Shown here: positions 1 through 11,675 of the stretch, piece by piece | How the letters are laid out: each line of letters opens with the position of its first letter | Numbering within the stretch: position 1 is the stretch's first letter | NCBI GenBank assembly: GCA_002269645.1 | Contig: NIVC01001014.1 | Location: forward strand, 248,001-312,000 | Source of the DNA: Macrostomum lignano | Lineage: Eukaryota | DNA: 64,000 nucleotides | Direction of reading: 5' to 3' | Made by a program: the position numbers and the translations under genes | The notes under the pieces: model-generated | Databases searched by the model: none | Told to the model about the DNA's origin: nothing | The model's input: the letters and a program-made list of their open reading frames with translations, nothing else

Positions 1-650
1 TCCCATATCTTAGATCCCAAATCGCCATATCTTAGATTCCGAAATCCCATATTATAGATCCCAAAGCCTCATATCTTAGATCCCAAATCCCCATATCTTA
101 GATTCCAAATTCCCATATCTTAGATCCCAAATCCCCATATCTTAGATCCCAAATCCCCATATCTTAGATTCCGAATTCCCATATCTTAGATTCCAAATTC
201 CCATATCTTAGATTCCAAATCCCCATATCTAAGATTCCGAAATCCCATATTATAGATCCCAAAACCTCGTATCTTAGATCCCAAATCCCCATATCTTAGA
301 TTCCAAATCCCCATATCTTAGATTCCAAATCCCCATATCTTAGATTCCAAATCCCCATATCTTAGATCCCAAATCCCCATATCTTAGATCCCAAATCCCC
401 ATATCTTAGATTCCGAATTCCCATATCTTAGATTCCAAATTCCCATATCTTAGATTCCAAATCCCCATATCTAAGATTCCGAAATCCCATATTATAGATC
501 CCAAAACCTCGTATCTTAGATCCCAAATCCCCATATCTTAGATTCCAAATCCCCATATCTTAGATTCCAAATCCCCATATCTTAGATCCCAAATCCCCAT
601 ATCTTAGATTCCGAATTCCCATATCTTAGATCCCAAATCTCCATATTCCA
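1..650. repeat. Intronic minisatellite, ~21-22 bp unit (CCCCATATCTTAGATTCCAAAT)
   Basis: Direct tandem copies; a ~240-bp higher-order block recurs at ~221 and ~461. Confidence 0.95.
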
Positions 651-703
651 GATTTTGATTTACATGAACTGAGATCAAATGACAGTCAGATTGCAAAGCT
701 TAC

Positions 704-3700
704 ATTGACACGCCAGAATATTGAGCCTGGGCCTGAGCCAGAGCCTGCTGCTGCTGATGATGACGCACTAGCGGTTGCTGGGCAGGCCGCGGCAGGTCGC
801 CGATTGAGAAGGCGGCAACGTCGCGCTGCCCGCTGATATCAATGTCACCTCCGGTGCCGCCGCTATCCGCCCCATCAGACAGCACGTTCAATGGTAAGAA
901 TGGAGTATAGGGCAGGGGCGGCTGGTATTTGCTTCGCTCAGCGTCTGAGCGCTTCTCCACCTTTTCCCTATCGGTCTTGTGCTTCCGGTCGGCGCCTTTC
1001 GGCTTGAACACTTTCACCTGGGTGGGGACCGAAACAGTTAGACTTTGCTGGCCAACTGGTTCTAGTCGACACTGTCGACACTTTCATCACACTGGCACTC
1101 CCTCAAATCACACTGGCACTCCCTCAAATCACACTGGCACTCTACCAAATCACACTGTCACTCTCCCAAATCACACTGGCACTCCCCCAAATCACACTGT
1201 CACTCTAACAAATCACACTGTCACTCTCCCAAATCACACTGGCACTCTCCCAAATCACACTGTCACTCTCCCAAATCACACTGTCACTCTCCCAAATCAC
1301 ACTGGCACTCTCCCAAATCACACTGGCACTCTCCCAAATCACACTGGCACTCTCCCAAATCACACTGGCACTCTACCAAATCACACTGTCACTCTCCCAA
1401 ATCACACTGGCACTCCCCCAAATCACACTGTCACTCTCCCAAATCACACTGTCACTCTCCCAAATCACACTGGCACTCTCCCAAATCACACTGTCACTCT
1501 CCCAAATCACACTGTCACTCTCCCAAATCACACTGGCACTCTCCCAAATCACACTGGCACTCTCCCAAATCACACTGGCACTCTCCCAAATCACACTGGC
1601 ACTCTACCAAATCACACTGTCACTCTCCCAAATCACACTGGCACTCCCCCAAATCACACTGTCACTCTCCCAAATCACACTGTCACTCTCCCAAATCACA
1701 CTGGCACTCTCCCAAATCACACTGGCACTCTCCCAAATCACACTGGCACTCTCCCAAATCACACTGGCACTCTCCCAAATCACACTGGCACTCTCCCAAA
1801 TCACACTGGCACTCTCCCAAATCACACTGGCACTCTCCCAAATCACACTGGCACTCTCCCAAATCACACTGGCACTCTCCCAAATCACACTGGCACTCTC
1901 CCAAATCACACTGTCACTCTCCCAAATCACACTGGCACTCTACCAAATCACACTGTCACTCTCCCAAATCACACTGGCACTCTCCCAAATCACACTGGCA
2001 CTCTCCCAAATCACACTGGCACTCTCCCAAATCACACTGGCACTCTCCCAAATCACACTGGCACTCTCCCAAATCACACTGGCACTCTCCCAAATAACAC
2101 TGGCACTCTCCCAAATCACACTGGCACTCTCCCAAATCACACTGGCACTCTCCCAAATCACACTGTCACTCTCCCAAATCACACTGGCACTCTCCCAAAT
2201 CACACTGGCACTCTCCCAAATCACACTGGCACTCTCCCAAATAACACTGGCACTCTCCCAAATCACACTGTCACTCTCCCAAATCACACTGGCACTCTCC
2301 CAAATCACACCGACACTCTCCCAAATCACTGAGCCACTGAGCCAGCACTCACCTGAGCGGCAACGCTGCACAGCAAATCCCCAGCAGAGTGATCAAAGGT
2401 GTCAATCTGCAGCCGGAACGGGATGCCCTTCTCGCCGCCGTGTTTCCTAGCCGTGAACTCGGTGCTGATGCAGTGCAGTTTAACAAAAACGCCGCAGTTG
2501 ACCTGCCTGCCCGTTGACAACATGGCGTTGCTGCTATCATTGCCGCCATCTGCGTCGCAGTCGATGTAGCCGCCGTCCCAGATTACTTCCGCGACGTTAA
2601 TCTTTGACGGAACGGCGTACACCTGGCGAGCGTTATAGGATAGAGCAGCGTCCACGTCTAGGATTCTCTCCCCTGGCCGGCTCTGTCGCCAATAATCCAT
2701 GTGCTCCTTCTCCATGAACTGCATCCGGCGCTCGTGGAAGCTCACTCGAAATACGCTCTTGAAAATGAGGCGATGAAGTTAAGAACACTTAATTGAGGCG
2801 CTTGAACAAACTCCTCAGTAGCTGTGGGGGATGCTGACTCACTACCTCAGTAGCATTGGGGATGCTGACTCACTACCTCAGTAGCATTGGGGATGCTGAC
2901 TCACTACCTCAGTAGCATTGGGGATGCTGACTCACTACCTCAGTAGCATTGGGGATGCTGACTCACTACCTCAGTAGCATTGGGGATGCTGACTCACTAC
3001 CTCAGTAGCATTGGGGATGCTGAGTCACTACCTCAGTAGCATTGGGGATGCTGACTCACTACCTCAGTAGCATTGGGGATGCTGACTCACTACCTCAGTA
3101 GCATTGGGGATGCTGACTCACTACCTCAGTAGCATTGGGGATGCTGAGTCACTACCTCAGTAGCTGTGGGGGATGCCGGCTTACCTCATACAGTAGCTTT
3201 GGGGAATACTGACCCACAAACACAGCAGCTGTGGGGGATGCTGACCCACCTCACACAATAGCTGTGGGGATGCTGACTCACCTCACACAGTAGCTGTGGG
3301 GATGCTGACTCACATCACACAGTAGCTGTGGGCGATGCTGACCCAACAACTCAGCCTCCCCAGATAGGATAAAAAATCTATTTAAATTTTACCTTTAACA
3401 GCCGCGACTTCTCCCCCGTATTGTTGTAGTTCATCTTCACTTCGTATGGCTGGCCTGTACATTAGTAAGTTAAACGATTTGCGTCAAGAGACTTGCATTC
3501 GATATTTTTCAGAACAGTTGAAACAGAATTCCGGTTTAAACCGGTTTCACATAAATGACAGATAAGACTCTTTCAAAGTCCCGCATAAATCAGGGAACTC
3601 TCACTTGATATGTAAGGGAAAATTCAATACAACACATCAAGCTTGACTAATGAGACTTTTTAGGTGATTGCTTTTCGAAGCTGGTTTAATCCTATAAATT

Positions 3701-6700
3701 TACTAACTTCCTCTGAAACGCATCTACATCAAGTTAGCCTAATCTCTTGTAAATTGTTCCTATTGCTCGTTTCAGCACCCAAGGTGGACTCTATTCAATG
3801 CATTTTTAATGCCATTAACCTCTTCAAGACTGGGCCCAAAATTTTTCATCTCCGTTCCAGTCGGATGGTAAGCAGTGCTTACCATAGACTATTTGGCTTC
3901 TGACTGAGCCATAGATATTTTTTCTCTCCGTTCCGGTCGGCATGGTAAGCAATGCTTATCAATAGACATTCAGTCGGCTGGGGTAGAAAAATAAGCAAAA
4001 ATGTACATTTAAGTAGCCTGTTTCTAGACTGAAAGCACACTGGTCCCTGTACAAGAGGAATGGGCAACACGAACAGTATAAGAAACGTTCTTTTCCTAGC
4101 CCCAGTCAGTTCAAACAGAGAAGCTGATCCATCTCCTTACTCGTCTAGCTTTTTGACAGCTTATTCAGTCGTGCTTTATACTACAGTGGTTCTTTGACTC
4201 CTTAAGTTTTCGTTTCCTATACTTTATCTGTCTCAGTCTGGTTTGAGCCGAATACTAAAATCAGTTCTCAAAGAGCTTTGAAATGGCCCAAGTGGACGAA
4301 ATGTCTGAACTCATGACATCGGACGACGAGGACTACCTCTTATCAGATGATTCTTCTGGTGAGTCAGATGTTCTGGACAGTGTTGATGAGGACGTACAGG
4401 TTGCTGATGAGTTGTCGTGGCGGCCTGCTATCGTTGGGAACGACGCATCGACGAGAGATATCGAGTTTTTCGGAACACCTGGCCTGAATCCTGGAATAAT
4501 AGTGCCTGCCGATGTTGAGAACTCAACTTCCTTCTTCTTAGGTTTATTCCTGTCTGATTCGTTGTTTGAAGATCTAGCTATGTGGACTAACCGTAGAGCT
4601 TGGGCAGCAATTCATTCATTGGATGCTGATGACCTGCCTGTGAGTTTTTTACAGTGGAACGAATGTAGCGCAAACGAAGTCAAGAAGTTGATTGGCATGT
4701 ACCTGTACATGGGAAGCAACAAGAAGACTGAGATGAATGACTACTGGAGTACTGGCAGCTACCACTCGACACCATACTTTCAAGCACCTGAGGCGCTCTC
4801 TAGAGACCGCTTCAAGCAATTGCTCGGCTTTCTTCGCTTTTATGATTGCCTTGAGGATCCCACACCTGGTGATCCGTTGTACAAGATTCGTCCATTTTTG
4901 AACAATTTGCGTGACACCTGCGTGAACATCTACAGACCTGACGAAGAAATAAGTGTTGACGAATCGTTGGTTCTTTACAAAGGACGATTAGGCTTCAAGC
5001 AATACATTCCAACTAAGCGCGCCAGGTATGGCATCAAGGTGTACTGTGCTTGTGAGTCTGAAACAGGCTACTTGTTCAACTTTCGAGTTCATGCTACTCC
5101 GGAGGAGAATCGTAGATTTGCTTTAGATCCACAAAGCGGAAACCTGTCATTCAGCGAAAAAATTGCTGTCGAGCTTTGCCAAGATCTGTTGGACCAAGGC
5201 TACCGCATTTTTGCCGACAAGTGGTTTGGTTCTAATCGGTTGGCTATGTACCTCCTGGATCGAGATACTCATCTGACTTGCACCATACGAGCTGACCGAG
5301 GCGTGCCGATTGAGCTCAGGCAGTTAAATGTGCCGCCCAATGATGTCGGCTTCATGCGCAAGGGTGCCGTACTGGCCGCAAAGATTGTTGAAAGAAAGGA
5401 AAGCGGTCTAAAAACGTTGTATTTGCTGGACACAAAGGAGGCAGCATCAAAAGTTCCAGTCCGACGAATCGCCCGAGGTGGAGCAGCGGCTGCAGTGCAG
5501 AAGTGCCGCTCAGCTTTGAGTTACAACCGCTGCATGGGCGGCGTCGATCGAATGGACGGCCACATGCAGCCCTACCAGCCTGCTCGGAAAACCAGAAAAT
5601 GGTTTTTGAAACTTGGTTTGCACCTGTGCTTGCAGATGGTCCGAAATGCTTGGATTGTATACTGTAAGTGCGGCGGCCGAAAGGTGTTCGTTAAGTTTCT
5701 GGAAGCCAGCATTCGTGAATTCGTGCAGAGCACTGGGATGAGCAGAAGGCGAGCAGCCGCTGCAGCTCAAGCCTTCGGCCAAGTCAGCTTGCATTTCCCA
5801 ATGCGAATTGCGGCCCGAGAAAGTCAGCCAAGGCCAACTAAGCGGTGTCGCGTCTGCTACCGAGCTGAAAGAATCAAACGATCAATTTACTGCTGCCCTG
5901 CGTGTCCAGGTGAACCAGGACTGTGTCTGGAGACCTGCTTTCAGCAATGGCATTCTTGAATTCTTGACAGTTTTTGTTCCCAGTGCACGCATGCTGGAAG
6001 AATATTTCCTGCTATATTCCCTTCTATACGTGTGCCTGAAAGAAAATTGAGGAAATGGGTTTCTCCCAGTTAGCTTCTTCTTTCTGAGACTATAATTAAA
6101 AATTAATTCAGAATACTAGTGGCGCTAACATCTCGAGTTGCTGAGAATGCGCCATAAGAATTGTTTGAATGAATGCCAAAAACGAATCGTTTGTATACTT
6201 CGTGATAAAACATCTTTAAAGATCTAAGAAACAAGTGATAGTAATTAAATAACATTTACTTTTTATGTTATCAATTCTGTCCTGCTCCAAATACGGGTTT
6301 ATGCGGGGGCAAAGAGGGCAACTGCCCCCCAAACAACTTACATCTGTGGCGCCCCCAGCTGCGCAGCTCGCCTTTGTTGTGTCTTTTCCCTTTGCTGCCG
6401 CCTCCTAGGTACAAAAATTCTGCACTACTTAATAATTTCCTGGGTCAAAAAAATCTGCATCCGCCTCTGTTCTGCTGACATTTTTCATGTCCCAGTTTTC
6501 ATGTTTGCATCATACGCTGGTACGAGTAGATTGTTTCTCTTCAGAAAATTTTAATTAACTTACGCGTACGGTGTTACTCAATTTATTCTTACTCAATTGT
6601 TTTCTCACTCAGCAAAAATATACATCAAATTTATATAAACGAAAACTGATCTTACTGTATACAGTTGTATTTCAAGGAAGCTGAAATTTTTGTACCGTCT

Positions 6701-8762
6701 GTTGGTTATTTTGATTGAGAAAGAGATCTAAACTACGAGTAAAAAAATCAGGGAAGCTATCGTTCTAATAGTTCTGCTTACCATAGCCGACCGGAACGGA
6801 GTGTGAATTTTACCATAGATTATATTTGATCTGAATCATCTGACTTCTGCCTAGACTGAAACTAGGGTGTGCGCATGGTAAGCAGTGCTTACCATCAGAC
6901 TTTTGGAGGTTAAGCATTAAGAAACTCGAATTTCACATCGCTTGGATTGAATGTTACTTGTCTTCTTGTGAGCCCTATCTAGTCACTCCTCAGCTAACAA
7001 GTCACTCCCCTAACCTAGTCACTCTCCCTTACCTAGTCACTCTCCCTACCTAGTCACTCCCCTACCTAATCACTCCCCCTACCTAGTCACTCCCCATACC
7101 TAGTCACTCCTACCAAATCACTCCCCCCTACCTAGTCACTCCCCCTACCTAGTCATTTCACCTACCTAGTCACTCCCCAATAGTCCCCATACCTAGTCAG
7201 TCCTCAGCTAACTAGTCATCCCCCTACCTAGTCACTCCCCATACCTAGTCACTCCCCATACCTAGTCACTCCCCATACCTAGTCACTCCTCAGCTAACTA
7301 GTCACTCCTCAGCTAACTAGTCACTCCTCCCCTACCTAGTCACCCCCTACCTAGTCACTCCCCATACCTAGTCATTCCCCCTACCTAGTCACTCCCCCTA
7401 CCTAGTCACTCCCCCTACCTAGTCACTCCCCCTACCTAGTCATTCCCCCTACCTAGTCACTCCCCCTACCTAGTCACTCCTCAACTAACTAGTCACTCCT
7501 CCCCTACCTAGTCACCCCCTACCTAGTCACTCCCCATACCTAGTCACTCCCCATACCTAGTCACTCCCCCTACCTAGTCATTCCCCCTACCTTACTACCT
7601 AGTCACTCCCCCTACCTAGTCACTCCCCATACCTAGTCACTCCCCATACCTAGTCACTCCCCATACCTAGTCACTCCCCATACCTAGTCACTCCCCAATA
7701 GTCCCCATACCTAGTCACTCCCCAATAGTCCCCATACCTAGTCACTCCCCAATAGTCCCCATACCTAGTCACTCCCCAATAGTCCCCATACCTAGTAACT
7801 CCCCAATAGTCCCCATACCTAGTCACTCCTCAGCTAACTAGTCACCCCCTACCTAGTCACTCCCCATACCTAGTCACTCCCCCTACCTAGTCACTCCCCA
7901 TACCTAGTCACTCCCCATACCTAGTCACTCCTCAGCTAACTAGTCACTCCTCAGCTAACTAGTCACCCCCTACCTACCTAGTCATTCCCCCTACCTAGTC
8001 ACTCCCCCTACCTAGTCACTCCCCATACCAAGTCACTCCTCAGCTAACTAGTCACTCCTCAGCTAACTAGTCACCCCCTACCTAGTCACTCCCCATACCT
8101 AGTCATTCCCCCTACCTAGTCACTCCCCCTACCTAGTCACTCCCCATACCTAGTCACTCCCCATACCTAGTCACTCCCCATACCTAGTAACTCCCCAATA
8201 GTCCCCATACCTAGTCACTGCTCAGCTAACTAGTCACCCCCCTACCTAGTCACTCCCCTTATCATGGAAATCAGGCCTCACCCTGGTTCAAATACGTGAG
8301 CGGCTCCTCATTAACTTTGACAGCAGGCGAAGTGCCAGCCGCCATTACAAACTGGAATTTAGAGTTAGACGAGCCGCCGTCTCTAGCCAGACTGCTCAAG
8401 TCAAGCTGTCGCTCTAGAGCTGAAAAATTAGTCGAATCGCTACCCTCTGGTGAGATGAATCTTCCCGCGCTCGCGGCGCCGCCAACGCCGCCAACAGGCC
8501 CAGGCGATAGCGACATAATAGCGTCCGACATGTTGAAAGCTGACGAAGATAAATCGACGCCTAAACCAGATAAAGAGCCTTCAAATGTTGCAGCTAAGCC
8601 CTGATCAATGTCTTCCATCTGCCACTCAGTGTTTGGTGTCATTGATCTTGGCGACTGCTGCTGATGCTGCTGTCTGGAAGAAACAGCCGACGATGTGTAA
8701 ATTCCGCCGCCGATTGTGCCAGATGATGATGTAGCAGCTGTTGAAGACTTAGCATAAGCCAT
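704..8762 (-). CDS. TFCP2: TFCP2/LSF/UBP1 (CP2-Grainyhead family) transcription factor, 5' four coding exons; gene continues beyond the window start
   Basis: Exons 8762-8282, 3454-3393, 2757-2353 and 1017-704 all have GT-AG borders and splice in frame. The product reads ...[13 protein letters not shown]|QPYEVK...LLK|[14 protein letters not shown]...[27 protein letters not shown]...AAQ|[23 protein letters not shown], the CP2 DNA-binding domain in its LSF-type form. The N-terminal [22 protein letters not shown] also matches LSF/gemini. Donor GTAAGC follows 704. An upstream exon cannot be excluded. Confidence 0.92.
1085..2330. repeat. Intronic minisatellite, 21-bp unit (AAATCACACTGGCACTCTCCC)
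   Basis: About 59 tandem copies filling TFCP2 intron 1018-2352; this array is the source of the spurious [14 protein letters not shown] and LGECQCD ORFs. Confidence 0.97.
2815..3360. repeat. Intronic minisatellite, 31-bp unit (ACTACCTCAGTAGCATTGGGGATGCTGACTC)
   Basis: Period 31 (copies start at 2841, 2872, ...), degenerating towards 3360. Confidence 0.95.
3819..6909 (+). mobile_element. Full-length piggyBac DNA transposon in the TFCP2 intron
   Basis: TTAA at 3815-3818 and 6910-6913. Imperfect TIRs CCTCTTCAAGACTG / CAGACTTTTGGAGG. Palindrome ATGGTAAGCAGTGCTTACCAT at 3865-3885 and 6875-6895. Internal inverted repeat CTCCGTTCCGGTCGGCATGGTAAGCA (~3925) / TGCTTACCATAGCCGACCGGAACGGAG (~6776). Encloses a transposase ORF. 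Confidence 0.88.
4283..5959 (+). CDS. piggyBac transposase (PGBD4-like), 558 aa, intact
   Basis: Acidic N-terminus; catalytic-triad motifs [22 protein letters not shown] and MGGVDRMD; YGIKVY motif; C-terminal Cys-rich domain CRVC...[21 protein letters not shown]; no stops or frameshifts. Confidence 0.95.
   Translation: MAQVDEMSELMTSDDEDYLLSDDSSGESDVLDSVDEDVQVADELSWRPAIVGNDASTRDIEFFGTPGLNPGIIVPADVENSTSFFLGLFLSDSLFEDLAMWTNRRAWAAIHSLDADDLPVSFLQWNECSANEVKKLIGMYLYMGSNKKTEMNDYWSTGSYHSTPYFQAPEALSRDRFKQLLGFLRFYDCLEDPTPGDPLYKIRPFLNNLRDTCVNIYRPDEEISVDESLVLYKGRLGFKQYIPTKRARYGIKVYCACESETGYLFNFRVHATPEENRRFALDPQSGNLSFSEKIAVELCQDLLDQGYRIFADKWFGSNRLAMYLLDRDTHLTCTIRADRGVPIELRQLNVPPNDVGFMRKGAVLAAKIVERKESGLKTLYLLDTKEAASKVPVRRIARGGAAAAVQKCRSALSYNRCMGGVDRMDGHMQPYQPARKTRKWFLKLGLHLCLQMVRNAWIVYCKCGGRKVFVKFLEASIREFVQSTGMSRRRAAAAAQAFGQVSLHFPMRIAARESQPRPTKRCRVCYRAERIKRSIYCCPACPGEPGLCLETCFQQWHS
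6985..8260. repeat. Intronic minisatellite, ~17-18 bp unit (CCTACCTAGTCACTCCC) with a CTCAGCTAACTAGTCA variant
   Basis: Tandem copies reaching to ~20 bp from the TFCP2 exon donor at 8281. Confidence 0.95.
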
Positions 8763-8874
8763 TCCTGGGTCTGCTGATGCTGCGATGATGTCGATGATGC
8801 TGCATAGTTTTTATTGTTGAGTGCAGAGTTGCTTAATGAAGCATTATTATTAGACTAGATTGGTGTTTCATGCA

Positions 8875-9102
8875 CATACATGGCCAACACCCGGCCAACC
8901 CAGTAAGTCGCAAAAATGCTGACCCGAAAAGATACATACATAGTACTAATTAGATGACGAGGAATTTAGCAGTGATGTTACAGTCATAGTTACTCCTGCC
9001 GTTTGCCCACAATTACGTTATTATTTGCTTTAGGTTCTTTCATAGGTAAATTCGCGATTTTGGTTAAAAGGTTGGGTAAAATTTCGAAGTTGGACATGTA
9101 TG
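8875..9102. mobile_element. MITE with CATACATG termini and 8-bp TSD (hAT- or P-like), ~110 bp upstream of the TFCP2 ATG
   Basis: Termini CATACATGGCCAAC / GTTGGACATGTATG; TSD TTCATGCA at 8867-8874 and 9103-9110; internal sequence (AGTTACTCCTGCCGTTT, GTCGCAAAAAT) shared with the copy at 51522. Confidence 0.85.
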
Positions 9103-10090
9103 TTCATGCAGCATAGTGTGTGTGTCATGGCATGTTAACTTGGATTTTAGGATCCTGAATTTTCAACTTTTGAAAGGCAATGTTTTTTTTTAAACTGGCT
9201 TTTTAAAGAGGACTTTCTTAGCTCTGATGCTACCCATGGAAAGACAATAGAGACCAGGCTCTATAGAAAGCTTGGCATGCCTCCTACTAACTGCAATAGG
9301 TGTTCCATTTTAGCACCACTGACAACACTAAGATCCAGCTGTTAAGGGAAGCTTTAGAGCCCATTTAGCACTATGGGCTAGAGGCAGCCCCCTTGATAAC
9401 AACCTACTTTGCTGCTCTGGATGCCTGTAATTCTCTTAGATGCTGCTACCTAGAGCTGCTAAGCAAAAATATAAAATGAAAATCAAGTAGGGTTTGGTCT
9501 CCTTTTGTTTAGAAATGAGGTTTATATCTTTATAATCTATTTAGAACATAAGATTATTAAAATAAAAACTTATTTTATATCAATAATAATTAATCTAATT
9601 AGTTGATATTCAACCTTATTCAAAGAAATATTTTAAACTATATTTCAAGACTAACTGCCATTTAATTGAAAAATTAAAGTAAAAATGCTAATATTAATAG
9701 CTATATAATTGTGCAACCCCTCTGATTTATACCAGCTATGCAACTTACTTTTTAACCAAAAATATAACTTACCTATAATAGAGATCTAAATAACAATTAA
9801 TTAAAAAATTGGATAAATGGTAGGAGTAACTGTGATTGTATTATTAAGGCTAAATGCTATAATCTAATTCCTTATATAATTAGTCTTACATATATATTTT
9901 TAAGGTAGGTATTTTTTTACTTTATACTTATATTTTGGCTAAGCCTTTGACCTAACTATTAATAAGTTTTTGTTTGTTTGAGTACATGACTTTAAATTAA
10001 CTTTTTTTCAAAAATAGTTTTAGCAATTAGAATTCAAAAGGTACAAAATCTGCATGTTTCAATAGCTTGTTATAGTAGGAGCCTATAAAA

Positions 10091-10123
10091 GATGTCCCCC
10101 CAATGAGAGGCGAAGATTGCTAG
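10091..10123 (+). mobile_element. Helitron-like 3' terminus (hairpin + CTAG); element body probably extends back to ~9400
   Basis: GATGTCCCCCCAATGAGAGGCGAAGATTG-CTAG-T, nearly identical to 42915-42946; the upstream CTAC(T)TTG..CTCTGG..GATGC motif is also shared (~9405 and ~42480). Confidence 0.55.
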
Positions 10124-10124
10124 T

Positions 10125-11300
10125 TAGGGCCTAAAAATATAGCCTAATTAAAATAGGCCTAAATATAGTAGGGCCTAATATTAGGCCCTATTAGACAAGG
10201 TAAATTGGCCTAGGCCTACCCTTGCTTACTTTATATTATTTCTTTACTTATATAAATAATTGCATAGGCCTAGTTTAAGCCTAAAAATTGTTTATAAGTA
10301 TAAAGACAAAAACCTCAATTTTAAAATAAAAAATGGTATCTGCATAACTTGATTTGTCATTTTATTATATAAACAAATATTCGATAAATTAAAAATAAAA
10401 TTCTATTTTACTAGGGCTAGATTTTTTATTAAATAATTTAATCATTAATAATATAAGGATTCATGTTAGACTTAGGGCTAAGTCTAATATCTATAAAAAA
10501 TTATAGGCCTACATATTTTGTCCTACAATGCTGAAATACTATTACTAGGGCCTACTAGGCTTATTAAAGCCTAGGCCTATTATTAGGCCCCTATAAAAAG
10601 TCAAATTTAGATTTAACTAAATAACTTACACCTAAGCTTATCCAAAATCTAGAAAGCATTTTAAATAGTACTAACTATAACTAATAAGAAATAAGATTAT
10701 ATGTCTATATTTTATAGGGCCTAATAAAAATAGGTCTAGGGTCCTACTAGACTAGGCCCTAGGCTTAAGCCCTACTAACCTAATGGGCTAAGCCCTTAAG
10801 CCAATAGATTTCTTAACAATATTTAGTTAGGCATATAGGCCCTAATTGGTCTAGTAAAACAATTGAGTACTTATACTATAATAGCAAATATACCAAGTAG
10901 CTATATGCAGACTATCTATGTGTTATACTGACTTATGACTATTTTATTGAATTAACATATAGGTCTAAAATTCTAGTTCTAGTAGTTAAAGTTAATCTAA
11001 AATCTACCCTAATTAAATCTAAAAAAACATATTAGCTACCTTGTCCTAGGCCTAGCCAAATGAAACTTAACAATTTAATAACTAAAAATTTCAACAAATA
11101 GAGTTCATTTTCAGCTATGGCCTACTACTTTCCAATAGGCCTAATATAATAGGCAACCATACATTACATACACATACAGATGCAGATAAAGAAGTTAGGC
11201 CAAGCTATTATTCGCTCATGATAGGGCCTACTTGTGCTGTAGTTGTAGATAAGGCCTTGAGCTGTGGCCTAATTATAACAGGCTTAGGCCTACTAAAAAT
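10125..11300. repeat. AT-rich tract with dense TAGGCCTA/TAGGGCCTA palindromes
   Basis: More than 15 dispersed, non-tandem copies or variants of TAGGCCTA in ~1.2 kb. Confidence 0.7.
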
Positions 11301-11378
11301 CGTTAACATTCGAAACTTAATCAACTGATCCACCAAAAGCATAGATAGTCCTAATAATCTCAACAGAACAGAATTAAT

Positions 11379-11406
11379 GGTCACGTGATCAGATTCTAGA
11401 TTGGCT
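11379..11406. promoter_or_regulatory. Candidate promoter module: E-box GTCACGTGA plus inverted CCAAT (GATTGG)
   Basis: Motif match only; lies ~2.6 kb upstream of the TFCP2 ATG. Confidence 0.3.
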
Positions 11407-11675
11407 ACAAATTGACCTTACAATCCTTAAGGGCCAAATTAATTTCAGTTGATTTTATCGCAAATTTCGGTTAATGGGTTTGGGTTAACGGCAAGGTCGT
11501 CCTTGGGTTAGGGTTAAACTGTTGAAGGTACAAAATATTTTTTTTAAAGTACAATTTCTTCGAATCTCAAAATTCAAAATGCTCCGCAGTTTTAATTAAT
11601 CAAATCTTTCTTTGAGAAACGGCTTGTCTCAGTTAATTTAATCATAGCTTCGATTGGTGGCGGCGAACTACCTTT

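Noticed and set aside
929-2332. 467-aa ORF of TLPNHTG repeats and its antisense VIWESAS and LGECQCD ORFs
   Set aside because: Translation of a 21-bp array that lacks stops in several frames; it lies within an intron whose flanking exons splice in frame.
6290-6475. GC-rich block in the piggyBac 3' region ending CTGCATCCGCCTCTG
   Set aside because: Looks like one end of a small MITE, but the matching left TIR and a TSD could not be found.
11490-11520. TTGGGTTAGGGTTA telomere-like words
   Set aside because: Only about two units; too short to call an interstitial telomeric repeat.
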